The notes under the pieces: generated by a model
The model's input: only the letters and a program-made list of their open reading frames with translations
The model's database searches: none
What the model was told of the DNA's origin: nothing
Assembly (NCBI GenBank): GCA_000165425.1
Contig: CT868677.1
Coordinates: 62,001-126,000, forward strand
Direction: 5' to 3'
Origin: Paramecium tetraurelia
Lineage: Eukaryota
DNA: 64,000 bases
Position numbers and translations under genes: made by a program
In this document: positions 1 through 16,880 of the stretch, one piece after another
Layout: each line of letters begins with the position of its first letter
Numbering within the stretch: position 1 is the stretch's first letter

Positions 1-1022
1 GACCCTGTTGTATCAACAACAAATACACAGTCTACCATTCCGAATTCACATTCTGGTACTTATGACTGCATTATAGATTGAGATTATATGACCTTTTACT
101 CATTTGGCATCTTGCTTTATAATTTGGCATGTTCTTTCTCACTTTGTCCATCTTCTTTATTCTGAATTTGAAGTAAGAGTTTTGAATCCTCTTTATTCCC
201 TGTTACTTGTGGAGAAGCATCTTTCTTGATGTATTCATCCTTATTATTCATGTTATGATCCTTTACTTATATCGAATTCAATTCTTCATTTGATTTAGGG
301 TATTTAGTGATTGAATTCATCTTTGATTTTTAGGTTACAAACAAGTCAGTTAAACTCAGTAAAGTCTTTTTACCTTATGCTGAATTTGATGTAACTATGG
401 CTTCCTATTATTTAATTTTCTTATTGGGTTCTTCCTATTTTTACTTTTCTTTTTATTAAGTATTAATATTTTGATTCACTGTTCGTGGTTTTAGAAAAGA
501 TGTAGATGAATTGCTTTTAATGGAACTTTAACCCTACCTATTTCCTTAATAAAAAATTGATTTCCACCAGTCCTAAGAAGCTTTTTTATTATTTGCATCC
601 TATTGCTACTCCTTATTTTTATCATTTTATATAATCACTTTTATACTTTATTAATCACCTCCTAGTATTTAACTTACATCGACTTATTCTTATTATTCTT
701 ACTAATCCTTAGCTACTTTAAGCAGTTTGTGATTATCCAATACTTTTGATTAGATATTGTCATCCCTCGGATTTGTATTTTTAAAGAATTCCTTCAAAGT
801 TTTTTAAGTAGTCTATAGACTCTTAACATTTTATTTATCCTATTTTATCTCCTTCTTACTGGCTTATAATTGGATCATCCGACCCTACTTTTATGGAACT
901 TAATCTGAATGTTTTTGATTAATCTTGTTTTGTCTTTAATGTTCTATGGAATTAGGAAATCTGCTCAAGTATTGTTCAGCTTCTTTTATAGTTCGCTCAA
1001 TTGATTTGGATCGCTTAGCCAT
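1..1022 (-). CDS. Hypothetical Gln/Lys-rich protein, 3' end outside the window
   Basis: ATG at 1022, MAKRSKSIERTIKEAEQYLSRFPNS..., open with TAR=Gln; no recognisable domain. Confidence 0.65.
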
Positions 1023-1097
1023 AATATAATAAAATTTGATTTGCTTTGGTCATAATTATGTCGGATTTATGTGTTTTTTATACGATAATAAATACTC

Positions 1098-2220
1098 TCA
1101 TGATAATTTAGGAAACTCCTACTCGTTGGTAACATCCACCTTCTATTATTATTACTAGGCGACTTATTATGGCTCTTTTTTGGTAAATTCAGTTTCAGGG
1201 GCATTCTCATAAAATGACCTTTTGGATTTAATCAAATCAATAGCCACATCAATTTAATTTAGATAAAATGGGGCAGCCACTTTAATTTAATCAAAATATT
1301 GGAAAGTAGTTAAATCATGTTATATGAATTGATTCTAAAATTTAATAGATAATTAATACTCCTTCTTTTTTCTCGAACTTTTAGAGGTAAGAAACCACAC
1401 TATCGCACAACTCTAAAAAACTATAAAATACATTAATTTACTTAATAAGTCCTCTCTCGCTGTGTTAGATTCTTCACCAACTTACTCTTCTTCACTTTCT
1501 TCTTCTTCAACTTCAATTTCTTCAGGAGCATCAGGATCTTCAACCTATATTCTATTGTAATGTCTTTCAATCTTCTTGGTATGCTTCTCCTCTGTCTTCT
1601 TGATCTTGTCTATCTTCGAAAGGATGTAATCTCTGTGTCTTTGTAATTCCTGTTAATTTTAATATTAATCCTTCAATTTAATATAGGCTTGGATGAGGGT
1701 GAGCACTCTTGAAGCAACTCCAAGTTGGAATTGGATCCTGTCTCTTTAATTCATGATGGTGTATTTGAAATTTTATTGGTCCTTTGTAATCTTTGATATG
1801 GCTTCATTATCCTCAGCACTTTTCTCTTATTTATTTGTCAAAGCCTTCAATTTCTATTTGTTTTGATGGTATTTAGAGCGATCATCAGAATACTTTGCAA
1901 GTGTCTCTCTCAAGTGCTGCAATTTCTAGGCTGAGAATTCGTATTCATCTTGAACCAATTTAAAAGTTCCTAAACTTACTAAATGTTAGGATGTAGATGC
2001 CTCCTTGAATAAGGCTTCAACTTCATGCTAATGATATGGACATATAATATACGATAGTCTATTCGAATAGGTCGATTTCTTTCTGGATGGCTACACTCCA
2101 TTCCTTGTTTCTTAAATCGTCAAGGGTCTTGTTTGACTGAATTTCTGGATGTTTTGATACAACATTGGAAGGTTTCTTCTACTTTTGGACTGTCTTTGGT
2201 TGTTGAATAATATGATTCAT
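1098..2220 (-). CDS. Coiled-coil protein, possibly Bfr1-like
   Basis: MNHIIQQPKTVQKQKK...; long helical region; C-terminus HDLTTFQYFDQIKVAAPFYLNQIDVAIDLIKSKRSFYE...EQEFPKLS-TGA at 1098-1100; several small introns. Bfr1 resemblance is weak recall only. Confidence 0.65.
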
Positions 2221-2742
2221 AAATTAATTAATTGGATATGGTGATCCAAATCAACGTATTATGAAAAGATCTGCTTAATATGTTCTGTAATTTCATAGTT
2301 AAATTAATTTCAAAATTTAAAATTCATCATTTGAAAGAGTGACGCACATAAATTCTGCATTATTAATATTTAATATTATTTTTATATAATTAATTTGTCA
2401 ATAGCCCGCATTTTCATTTGAAATCTATATTTATATATTTCTATAAAATTTTAATTATTTTATAAAAGCATATATAATAAAATATTTGCCTAATATATTT
2501 CAAAATTACATTAAAATAATTTTGCACAAAATTTAATATTGATACGATAATCATAGAACTCTATTTTTTCTTAAGGAAATGAACAATCCACACATGAATT
2601 CATTTGATTAAACATAAATATCTAAGAAAATAGATTTTTGAAATCTAAAATGCATAGCCATAGGCCCACAAATGGCATTTTTTTAATAAAAAAGTATTAA
2701 TTTCAAATTAACTCTCTGCAAGATCTTTAATATTTTTATTAA

Positions 2743-5700
2743 ATGTTTTGTTATTTCTTCATACTCTACTTGATTTAGATATGCGCATATAAGATAATGG
2801 AAAATGAAATTTCATTGTATCCAACAGTAGGAGAATACTACGAATATGACTTGTTTTAGATTATGTATTAAGATGCATATATTGTGTATGAAAAAGGAGA
2901 ATAATATTATGAATAATAAAATATGAATAAGAGAGTATACGTAAATTATGAATAAAGATGGATGTAGAGACCTAAAATTGGAAATGTAGATATTGTTAAT
3001 CAGTTTTAAGAAATTAATAGTATAAGTGGAAATTGTATATAATTATTATTATTATTATAGAATATAAATCATTATCATCTAATAATACTCATTTTGGTAC
3101 TTTATCAATGGAAAATGAAGTAATAATATATGAATGGCACAATTAAATACTTTAATAAATTGGATCATCTGTATAGATAGATACTTCATTTATTTGTTTC
3201 AATATTCATTTATCTCCATTTTTTGATATTTTGGTTGATTGCTATTAAGATGATGAATTTAAATTATTGATTGTTTAGGATTAATAATACAATACTGTAT
3301 GTACATCATAATCATCTATACCTATTAAAACCAAACTCAAATCAATGATAAATGATAATAATGATACTTATATAATATATGCTTAATATTATCAAGATTA
3401 CTGTATGCTCTCATTATTTTCAAAATAGTATTCAAATTTAAGTTAATGGAATAACAACTTTATAGATTTTGATATACCAATTAGAATAAATCCTTACATT
3501 TATATACTCACTTAACAACAGATCCTATAATGTACTATTTCTTCAAATTAAACTTTTTAACTTCAATATAATTTCACATAACCTAACATCTCCAATTTTC
3601 TTACTATCAATCTTTATTACACCATTTCGACTTATTCTTAATGTGATCAAATATTACTATAATACCCATCAGATTCTGGAGAAGAATTTTTGATAACTTC
3701 CTTTTGGGGGTGTACAAACTAAATTATAATAAAGAATATCGATAATCAATACTAATTTAATGAAGCAATTTAAACAATAGTTTAGAACAACTAGTATATA
3801 ATATTTTAATAAAAACAAATAATACATCTTTACTAAATTGGAAAACCAGTAGTCTTCTAATATAATAATAAAATTGAAACCAATTCCCTATTATACTTTA
3901 ATTTTGATAATGAATTATTTTCATTTAATGAGATGATAATTGCTTATAAGATTTAAATTCCATCGTTAAAGATCAACCTAACTAACGTATAAGTTCAAGG
4001 GAACAATTCTCATTTCTCTATAGTGTGTTTTAATTAAAAGAAGCCCCAAAACTAAAATATTTTAAAAATTAATCTCACGATATTGCCTAAGAATGATACG
4101 AATATTTATGTAATGTTCAATTAGAGTATTCCTTAGTACTAATATGCAATCATGAATAATATTAACACAAATTTTTTCAGCTTCTCAGGACCTTTCTTAA
4201 AATTTTAATAAAATAATGATACAGACTATTTTTCGTTTAGTTCAACAACTTTTACTGAGATTGGTAGTTTGAGTTATTATTATTTAGTTTCATAACTCTC
4301 AATAATGTAAAATATTTCAGAAACCTTATTATATTTCATTGGGTACAATAAATCATAACTTTAGATATTTTATTGCTCTAAGTATCCTTAGCAATCTAAA
4401 TTAAGTTATTAAAATTTAAATGTAATCTAAATTTCTGTTAACGCAACTTCCCTCTAAACTGCTTATAGTATATACCCTGAGATTCTAATAATTGGACTTA
4501 GTGATAATTAGACAATCTATTTATATTAATAACAATATGAAGTTAAAGGCGCTTATAGTAATTCAAATTAAACATTTGAATAAGAAATCTTAAATTTTTT
4601 GGTAACCTAAAATAATATTGTAATTCTATTTAGCAATTATGAAATTTCAATAATGACATTAGATTTTGAAAATATCTTAGACTTAAATTAGGAGTAAATC
4701 AATTAACTTTTTAAAACCAAAACCATTTAATTCAACCCTTAATAGATTGTTATGAATACACAATTATAATCATCCTTCTTATTTATAAATAATATTTATG
4801 ATGTTATCATAATTTCATTACAATAAAATAGCAAGCCGATCCCAATTTAATTGATTTAAGTGAATTTTGCAATTAAGCAAATTAATTTAGTTAACTAATA
4901 ACTAATTTTATCTTATATTTGCAACAATAATTAGTCTATTTGTTTTCAAGTTTGGAACGTTTAAAATTTACCTAAATATTATTATGAGAAGAATCTTTGT
5001 GAAGTTGATAATGGTAATAACGTGACTATATAATCAGATAATTTGTTCTTTTATGTCACTTTTACTAATCACACTGTTTACATCTATAATCCTTCATTAC
5101 CATATCATATGAGTTTATATTTTAAAACAATATTAAGTTCAATAAATAGTATTGCTTTTTAAAACTAAAATTCATTATTATTCAATTAATCAATTATTTT
5201 TGGGTAAAACACATTTTATTCACTTACTTAAACTTAAGGAATGATGATATCATATATGTAAAGCAATCAATATAATTTTACTTACCCATAAACTATTTAT
5301 AATTACTCTGTAACTTCTGCATTAAATCCATTAGCCATATAGAGAACTCCTAATTAAAGTATTACTTACTTAACAAATTTCACTGTAATTAAAAATAAAA
5401 CTATTTCTATTAATCTAACTCTTGATTAATAAGATAATCGCAATAATCATTTTTCATATCCAATCAATATAATTGTTGATAGATAATTCAATTCCTGCTA
5501 ACTGTTCTACAATATTAGTAATCTAAATTCTATTGATATTTTATAAGTTTAATAATTGATAGCGAAGGGTTGTGTTATTACTGAATATAAATATACTTAT
5601 AATAATTTAATAAATTTTAGTTAAGATTTGGCACATTCGTTAATAATAACTTCAATAAATAACTAGTTTGTTTCCTTACTGAATAACACTGTAATTATAA

Positions 5701-6902
5701 TATTAAATAATAACTTAAAAAATACAAGTTAGACAAATATCAATTTCACTTAATGTCTAGTTTCGACATCATACAATTACACATCTTATTCAATTTGTTA
5801 AAATGAAACTTCATAATATTTAGTTAACTTTACATTAAATTCTGAAGGCGAAATAGGAAATCTAATGTATTTACCACTTCCCCAAGCATTTTCAAATATA
5901 TTCAAAATGAGAATCAGTAAAGGCTAAATTTTCATTCTTGGTGAATTTGTTAATTAAAATCAATATTTGTATTGGTTTAACTAATCCAATAACAGTTTTA
6001 TTTAATTAACTTAAGAATTTAGCATACTGGATGATAATTAGCATAATTGTCAAGACTTTTCTGTTGACTAATTTTCATATAATGGTTATGAATAATAAAA
6101 TTTGATATTAATTTTGTAAACAATAAGGAATCAACTTTATTATCAAATAATTGAAATTAAAGGTGAAAATATTATCATAAATCCTCTAATTTATGTGATT
6201 ATTCATTATTGCAATTTTTAATATAGTTGCGTTGATTTGAATCAATTCAATTACGTTCTAATTATAAAAATAATTGATGGAAAAGTAGCAGTCCTTGTAA
6301 CTGATACATATAGTGTTAGTTATCTAGTCAATATTCTAATAAACCCTGGAAAGGCTTAATAGTCTAATTATTTAGCTGCTGTTATTAGGACTATTCCAAA
6401 TTATTTCTACCATCTTTATACTGGTAATTCTTTTTATTTTGGTGGTGTTCTGATTCAATAATATCAACTAAAGGGCGGTTATGTTATGGGAATTTATTAT
6501 TTAGATGGCTATGAAAATAAAAGTATAGTTGAACCAATTCTGATGTAAGGTTCATTTGGAACATCCGTTTCTAAGTAATATGCTGTGATTTTAAATTAAA
6601 AATATCCCAGTGGCATTGCTCTATGTCTTGACAATCCATTTATTTACCCTTTTAGTACCTAAAATATAACTTGTAATTTGGAAAGAGGTTTACAATAACG
6701 TATTGTCTACCTGGGCTGTCGTAACGCTTTTTATCATGGTATTTATAATATTACATTCAATCTCCAAATCAAAGAACATAATAGTAGAGGATAGATTTAT
6801 GCCCTACTAAGTTTAATTGTTTTAATGCTATTTTATTTTATCTATAAAATTATTTCCAACTTTAGGAGTCTAAAATATCTTAATATAGAAGTTGAATTAT
6901 GA
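2743..6902 (+). CDS. Large (~1350 aa) single-pass surface/membrane protein
   Basis: Signal peptide MFCYFFILYLIQICA; 26-nt intron 3035-3060 restores the frame; Asn-rich ectodomain; C-terminal hydrophobic helix then ..NIEVEL-TGA at 6900-6902. Confidence 0.75.
2859..3665 (+). repeat. Source copy of an ~800-bp inverted duplication (partner 22632-23425)
   Basis: Reverse complement of 22632-23425 matches except for a few substitutions, a 14-nt indel and a 1-nt indel (807-14+1=794). Confidence 0.95.
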
Positions 6903-7647
6903 TATTTCATTTTATGATGTTAAATAAATGTAAATTAAAAAAAATTTCACAAATTTCAATAATGATATTTTTCTAACAAACTGATGTTTAAGTAATTAAG
7001 TAAATATATAAAAATTATATTTTTTTACAAAAAATTAGTATCTCAATAATTTTGTTTTGTCGAATATAATATGAAAATTCTAGAATATATGATTAAATAT
7101 TAAATTAATACAGCAGATGAATTAAGAAGATTCTAAAGTAAATAACACATTTAAATATGAGAAGTAGAAATTCAAAAGTTCTTTTAATAAAAAGATTGTA
7201 ATATATATTTAGGTTTATTTCTTAATTATTGAGAATTGAGAAGAGAAATTGAGAGTAAATATTAATTTATAACTAGCATAGTAATTTATTGAAAACTATT
7301 TTTGAAAAGAAATTATGATACATTAAAAGGAATTAACTATTATGTAGGGATAGGAATATGAAGTTATTTTAAAGGAATTAAAAATAGAATTTAGAGAAAT
7401 CTGTTTCATTAAGCACCACTAGATAAATCTTAAATAGGATTTAATTGAAATCTTAAAACTATCAATTATAGATTTAGACAAATCTGTGTATGTTTTGATC
7501 CTTGTAAGAATCCTACTATCTATAAATTAAAGAGTGGAAAATATTTAGGTACTTTAATTGGAATGAAACTGAACTAGATGAAGTCAACGTTTTAATTAAA
7601 GTATTAACATTAATTTATTATTTATATTTAATATTCTTCAAAAAATA

Positions 7648-8328
7648 TGTAAGATTTATTTATTCTAATGAACTTAGGGCGCCGAAACATTAGTAAGATA
7701 TTAATCTATTCTTAATAGTGCATTTTTGAGTAACATATCCATGTGTCTCTACATTAGTTGTTGGATGTCTAAATATTGTTATTAAGTTCAATAAATCAAT
7801 TTAAACATGGATAATTTTAAATTAGACGATTACTCTACCTACCTTGCACTAACCATAGGCGGGGGATCTCTATTCATACTCTCCTTTTTATTTGGACTAT
7901 TCAGAGCATGCATACTGCATTCTAGTGTGTTTTGGGGTTAGCTTTGTTGTCTTACCTTTGGATAGACACTTATAACAATCGGTATGGGTTTTGGATAGAC
8001 ATCAAAAGATGTGGTAATATATTAGAAATAAGGACTTAGTATGGCTAAATTGACTTTACCTTTAATTACCCGGTGGCTGAATTTATTGGTATATGTGGAA
8101 TCTTTGTATAAGCATTACATAATTGTTATGAACATAGCTTGGATGAAGATTCGAAATGAATTATCATATTTATTGAAATTTATAAAATATTATAGTACTA
8201 AAAATATTCTAAGGATTACTACTAGAATTGGAAATTGTAATACCTATATAATTTATTAATGGTGGTATATGTCCTAAGTGTTAGTTTATTTTCTTGTAAT
8301 GATTGTAATTTGCGGTTCAAGTTTTTGA
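7648..8328 (+). pseudogene. Degenerate multi-pass (tetraspanin-like) membrane protein remnant
   Basis: Hydrophobic segments (YLALTIGGGSLFILSFLFGLF; VLVYFLVMIVICG) but Cys-containing loop pieces fall in different frames; no clean start. Confidence 0.3.
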
Positions 8329-8814
8329 CATTAAGTTTGGTTGGAACAAGTTTAAATTAAAAGTCTAATATGTAATTTTATTCTGATTAAGTTGAACCTC
8401 AAGAGGATGTTATTAATATTATTAAAACTATTTCAATATTTTAAACAGAATTCCAATTAGAAGAAAGGTTAGTATTTAATTGGGAACTGGAGTCTGATAT
8501 CATTTGAAAAAGATAGCGTGTTATAGAGAAACTTGATTAAAATGCTTTAGTGATCGCTTAAAAGTATAAGTTTAATTTGAAATGATTGATTTAGCTACTG
8601 AACTAGGAGTTGAGTGATTTTAAGATATATTATATAAATAGGCCATGGGTTGTTGGATGTTGCTATTTATGGTTGCACCTATGAACTTCCTTAAATTAGG
8701 AGTTGGAGTATATGGATATTGGGAATGAGGGAATACTGATTAATGATTATGAGAACATAGGGTTTAATATTATATATAAAAATCAGATAATAATTTAAAT
8801 AGTTTAAAAAAAAA

Positions 8815-10932
<2,118 letters not shown>

Positions 10933-11093
10933 ATAAAAGATATTCTGATAACTATAATAAAAAAATAGTTTTGTTAATTTATTCAAATTTTTAATTTGGT
11001 GATTCTGTGTTTAGAAATATTGTTTACAATCTAAAAATTAAGTAGATCTTTGCAAATAATGAAGAACTAATTTGAAAACAAAACTATGTTATA

Positions 11094-13132
11094 TCATTTA
11101 ATCAATTTATTTTTACTCCAAACTCCAATAATTGAACCAAAAGTACCATGTCCATCAACGTAATCCTGATTGAATTCTCCTTTGTAACATTCATTATTCG
11201 ATAAATATAATGCTCCTTGGCCATCCTTAAGATCATTCTTAAAATTGCCAACATACTTAACCCAATAACTAATTAGTTATCATGAACTCTTACTTTCCAA
11301 TCAGATCAAAATTCGAACAATCAAATGGAGTATCCACTTTGGTTGGTTCCTTATTGTACAATGTTCCAAATCCAGAGAATTAATCATTTTCAAATTATCC
11401 TTCATATGCCTTTTAGCCAACACCATAGAAGAGAGTACCATAACCATGCATTTTATTCTATTTCCATTAGCCTTCATAATAGCCACCTTCAACAAATTGA
11501 TATCTTCCAAAACCATCTCTTAATTGATTATATATCTCTCCTACATATGATGATCCATCTTAATATTGCTCAGTTTTGAAACATCTTGATCTATTCAATT
11601 CGATCATCTATTCCATTTCCTATCTATAATTTATGTCTTTCTTCGCAACATAACTAATTGGTATTTCAGTGTAACTTAAAGGAATGCTATTGCATGATGG
11701 ATGAGTGTCTATGGTGATTACCTGGGGATTTGATTACTAGGTAGTTTTAGTGGTATCTGAGTAAAAAGGCTTTTGTGATTCCACTAAGGATATCCGAGGT
11801 TTGGACGATACAGTGGGCACTACAAAAGGACCTATTGAGTACGATTACAACCCATTTCCTATTAACTATTCGATCTTCTCCTTATCGGTGAATTGTTTCT
11901 ATTAGGAAGAGTTTGTAAATTATAACGAAGAATTCACTAATTGTTTATTGAATGAATAGTCAACTGAAGGATAACTAGTTAATTTCTATTATTAGATAGC
12001 TGATTTGCTAGGATCTCTAATAACCATTTATTCCTAATACTTATAAAACCCCAACTCTTTCTTTTTGGTCTTCTTGATCACAATCTTTGGTTTGATTCTT
12101 AATTGCTCTAATTCAACCATAATTTTGCTGGGTCTGCTCTCAATTTGTTCTTTCAATTGATTTAATGTTTCTGGTAGGATGTCTTCCTTCAAATTCATGG
12201 GAGGCTTGGAATCCATACAAATTGCAGAACTATTGATCAAGGAATTCTCCAAGGATTTAGATACTCCTGCATCTGGATTGCCTTTCATCAGATTCATTAC
12301 TTGATTGAAATCCGGCCTGGATTCTTCATCCATCGACAACATGGCCACGATAACCTACTCATACTTAATTGAATAATTCTTCCTCAATAGAGCTAGTTTC
12401 CTTGACACATCCACATGGCCTCCTTCAAAACTGATAATAATTATAATGAATCATACTCAAAAGAATCTCGACAGTGATCCAACAAACTGGCTTGCAACAT
12501 ACACATTCCCAGACTCCATACATCACTCTTATACATATTGTGTCTGGGATATTGATTGTTCTGATTGATGGCTTCCAATAACTTTGGTGATAATTCAAAT
12601 AATTTCTAATTCTCTGGATTCTATTGAGCCATTTGAAATGCACTCTATTGAAAGTAATTGTCGCAAAGTTTTAAGGTGTGTTCATTCACATAACTAATAG
12701 TCAAAGGCCTGATGTTCTGATGCACTAAATGTGCTTCTTGCATAGTCATCAACAACTTAATTATGGTATGATATAAAGTACATTAACAAGGCCCAACAAT
12801 TAATTCCACAGTTCCTACTCTGTCCAGAATGCTCCTCTACCTTTTCTATTCGCAATCTCCTTATGCAATGAAGTAGAGTAATATTCACTTACGACATACA
12901 TTATGTGATAAGAAGTGCACAATTCCTATTCCTTCTGTATTCCACTCTCCAATATTTTCACCAAATTTGGATGTTCAACCTTTGCCCTCTTCACAAATCC
13001 ATCATGTTGACTTTCATCCTAGATTATCACTTTCCTCATTGCGCAAATCTAATTGTATTTCCTAATCAAAGTGGCTTTCCCATAGCGTGAATCCTGTATT
13101 TGTCCCTCCTACTTGCTCTCTTAGGCACCCAT
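11094..13132 (-). CDS. N-myristoylated pseudokinase with C-terminal MORN repeats
   Basis: MGAQES start; kinase fold (EHPNLVKI, HQNIRP, KLCDN, KSDVWSLG, ESRPDF); frame continues via a 22-nt intron into YVGEIYNQLRDGFG / YEGQWKQNKMHGYG / YVGNFKNDLKDGQG MORN repeats. Confidence 0.8.
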
Positions 13133-13732
13133 TTTATATTTAACAAATATTATTTATATCTTCTATTCAATTATTATTATTTCAACTGTTAAGACAACAC
13201 TACCTCATTCAAACTAAACGAAGAATCTAATTAATCTCAAAACAAATGGTTTATTCAATTGAAACATTAATACTAATTATTCAAACCAAAATATAGAAAA
13301 TATAGAAAACGATTTCTATCCTACTACCTTATAATGTCTAAAAATATAATCACGAATATATTTTTGTTAAGAATTCTAATTTAAGGTTGTGGTTTTAAAA
13401 ATAATAGTGGTAGTTCCTTCTGTACTGGAAAGTCGAGATGGATCCAATATAAAAAGGCGTTACGATTATTGTATATTCAACCTACTCTTAAATTCTTTCC
13501 CATATCTGAATGAAATTCTAAATGAATTATAATATTTTAACAGGATGAATTTTAATTATAGAATGTAAACATTACAATGCATACACTGAACTCAAGGATA
13601 TAGACGCAAGTAATCCACTAAATTTGTTTCGGCTCTTCTTTCGATTTGCTTGTAGGATTGACATTCGAAACATGAATTATCCACATTTAAACTAAGGTAA
13701 GATTGAGTTTGATCGTATAATAAATAATGAAT

Positions 13733-14250
13733 TCAATGGTAATGTACAGAATGAGACAATGTACTATCTATGTCTATGGTTCTGGATTCATATGGATATG
13801 CTCCGAATTTAGGAGGGTTTCTGTAATATCTTTAGACTGCAGGTAATTTCAGTCGAGGACTGCAACTGCGTCGATGTTGATTGAAATATTTCTTGCCGCT
13901 TTCATCTTTTTGAAAGTTGTTCATTTTATCAATCATCTATTTAAGATTCTCCTAAGCTCTCGGATTACGAATTGTGCGAAATCGAGCTGAAGGGGGAGAT
14001 TTATCCACCACAAAAACTGCCCTAACCACTGGGTCTAGATTCTTAATGTAAGTAGCTATTTCAGAAGAGGCTCCACGATAATTCTTATATCTTCCAAGAA
14101 TTGTTGGATCAGAAAACAGTTTTTGATTTTCAAGTCTTGGTTCATTAAAATTAAGAGAGTATACCTTTCGATTGGATTTCGGGCGAGAATTATGCTGTTT
14201 AAATAATTGACTTTCGAAGCCATTTCCCCATCATGAAGGTTGGCATCCAT
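13733..14250 (-). CDS. Hypothetical protein (~160 aa)
   Basis: MDANLHDGEMASK..., a 29-nt intron gives an open frame to TGA at 13733-13735. Confidence 0.55.
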
Positions 14251-15561
14251 AGTAAATCGATTAAGTTCAAGTTTATTAGAGATATACATAAATAATATAT
14301 AATTATAAATGATAATCTTTTAAGATAAGTAAACAAGTGGAAAATAATACACTTTCGATTATAATCAAAACATAAACTCATCTTGTATATTAATAATAGA
14401 TAAAAAGCAGCCACACCATTCTGACGCTAATGATATAGAACAATTACTGAAGAACTCTAAGAAATGCAAGTAAAGTGGATGTTGATATGCTTAAAGAAAT
14501 CAACCATGTTTAGAAGAGTATGAAATCCAAACTTTAAAGAGATTTAAGCCATCTGAACCGCTAAATTAAACAACAACCCTGTCATATTTATCATCTGCTA
14601 AAGAGATTGAGGGAGGGAGGGGAAATAATGTATCTCAATATCTCAGAAGAACTACCCAAAAAAAATGGATTAAAATAGATATATTTATTTTAGAAATCTA
14701 CAAGATAAAGTAGATGAGGATTTTATTGGAAAATAAATACAGTTTTATGGAACTTTTCTTGATCCTGGGATTTCAGGGATATAAATGTAGATATAGCATG
14801 GTTAGAAGTATTGTTCCATTTAATTCAGAAACATTAAAGAATCAGAAACAGCATAATATATAGATCCTATTAATTCTTAAGTGAAGCCAATCAAATTAAA
14901 AGTGAAAGATTATGAAATTAATTCAGGTATTGAAGGAGAAAGGGGAAGTACCCAAAGATTTAAAATCAAGGAATAGATTAAAATTTCAATTACATTTTTA
15001 GAGACATAAAACACGTTTTTAACGGTTTTGCCTACTAGATATTAGAAACTGATTAGTAATTGGAAGTAGAATGTTGAAAGTTAAGAGAAGATTGATCAAT
15101 TAATAACTCTATTATATTGGGAGGAAGTGAGTAGTTTTGTTGTTATTAATAATGCAGTGAGAATCAAAAATATTAAAAATGATTAAGAATATCGTTCTGT
15201 CGTGTTATTTTGAAAAAAAGAAATTAAAAATTGGTCAATTAAATTATAGAGTTGTTTCAAGAATAAAAAGAGAGGTATTCCGTAAAATTCAAAAGATATT
15301 TGATGAATTTGAAAAACAACAAGGTGTTAAAATTAAGATTTTCTATTAAAATTACAAGTATAATTTGTGCTTTTATGATCCAAGATTTTGTATATAAAAA
15401 ATATTGATTTATATATACTTATATCCTAGTCATATTAAATAGTTATGTTATCTAATTTATTAATTCATAAATTTATTATCCATTTACATTTATCTTAAGG
15501 TAATTCACATTGTGATTATAAAGTAAATTACCATATCAATTGTATATTATCTAAACGTACT

Positions 15562-16209
15562 ATGACAAACAGAAAATAGCATTGTTTATAAGCCAAAGGA
15601 TGTAAGGCTTTAACAGTAAATATTTATACATCCAAATTTATTGATGAATTTTACAAAAATATAGTTTATTTTCCCAAAATTTCATACATTTAAAATGATA
15701 CTTCAGATAACTTAATCAATTATTAATGCATAGTTATAAATCTACTAATGTCCTATAAAAATAACTAAAGAGTCAAAAAAAGTATACCTAAGGATTTTTA
15801 CGAATCAACTTCTAAAAGAGAAGGTTATAATTAGGAAATTACTTTTTATACCAAGAATATGATTTTAATTAACAAACATACCTAAATGTCTGAGTTCAAC
15901 TTTGATATTTATTATGAATAAAATTTAAATTCAAAATCGACTAAATTCTGTTCGAGCTACATCTCAAAGGAAACGAAATGCATCCTAGAGCAATCAGCAA
16001 TCCTAAGTGTTAGTCAAAACTAAGTGTGTGTAATTTCAGAAGATCAAATAAAATAATCTACTCGAACTATTGCTGATGGACACAGGAACAAGAATGCCTT
16101 CTCCAATTTCTAGTTAAATAAGTGTAGGGATAGGGAGAATTCCAAAGGACTTTTTTAATTGATATAGTTATATGTATGTATGCGTTGTCATTTTGGTAAT
16201 CTATGCTGA
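15562..16209 (+). CDS. Hypothetical protein (215 aa) or decayed gene
   Basis: ATG-to-TGA frame of 216 codons in ciliate code; no domain recognised. Confidence 0.4.
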
Positions 16210-16432
16210 ATACAGATAATTGATTATTGCAAATTTGAATTATACTATTTAATTCTCATTTTTTTTGGAATGAATTAATGATTAGGAATTACTTTACATT
16301 TTGAATGTGCAATTTAAGTTGTCACTTCAAGTAATATAATATTATTAATATTTGAATGAGATTATTATAAATTTTAGTCTGTGATGGTAATCGTGCTGGA
16401 GAATAAATAAATAAATAAATATAATAATAATA

Positions 16433-16866
16433 ATGAAAAAGTTCTTGAATTTCGATTTGCAAAGGTCGAGTTATGCAAATCCAGTGTTGAAGGAATTCGC
16501 TCAATTGAGTTTGTTGAAGAAGATCGAGAGTCGAAAGTTATTGGAGGTGTCAGAATTGGGGTAGAGATGCTATTCGATTGAGAAGAAGGATAATAGGTGG
16601 TTGGAATAGATTTCTGATTGTTTTGAGCATTATAAGGTTGAATTAAAGAGAGTGGGAGATATGTTAAAGTAAGCAGAATTCGAGATGATGCAGATTGAGG
16701 TAAAATAGTTGCACTCCTCCAAATATAGGATGAATTTATGACGAAGGAGATGAATTGCTATAGCTTAGTAAGTGAATTCGAGATGGAATCATGCATAAAA
16801 GATTATAAATTATAATGTTTAAATTAGAAGCAAAAAGTACTTGATAGGATTAATGAATTAAATTGA
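16433..16866 (+). CDS. Hypothetical helical protein
   Basis: MKKFLNFDLQRSSY...; one 29-nt intron; TGA 16864-16866. Confidence 0.65.
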
Positions 16867-16880
16867 GTATATAACAAGTA

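Noticed and set aside
2908..2930. The 14-nt TA-bounded indel between the duplicate copies as an excised IES
   Set aside because: Shorter than the ~26-bp minimum for Paramecium IESs and explained by slippage between 9-nt direct repeats
11094..11855. Separate MORN gene starting MGCNRTQ at 11855
   Set aside because: That frame hits a TGA, while the kinase frame reaches the MORN repeats through a canonical 22-nt intron
16077..16125. Myb-like WTQEQECLLQFLVKQ in an alternative frame
   Set aside because: Single short motif preceded by TGA, with no second helix or Trp; insufficient support
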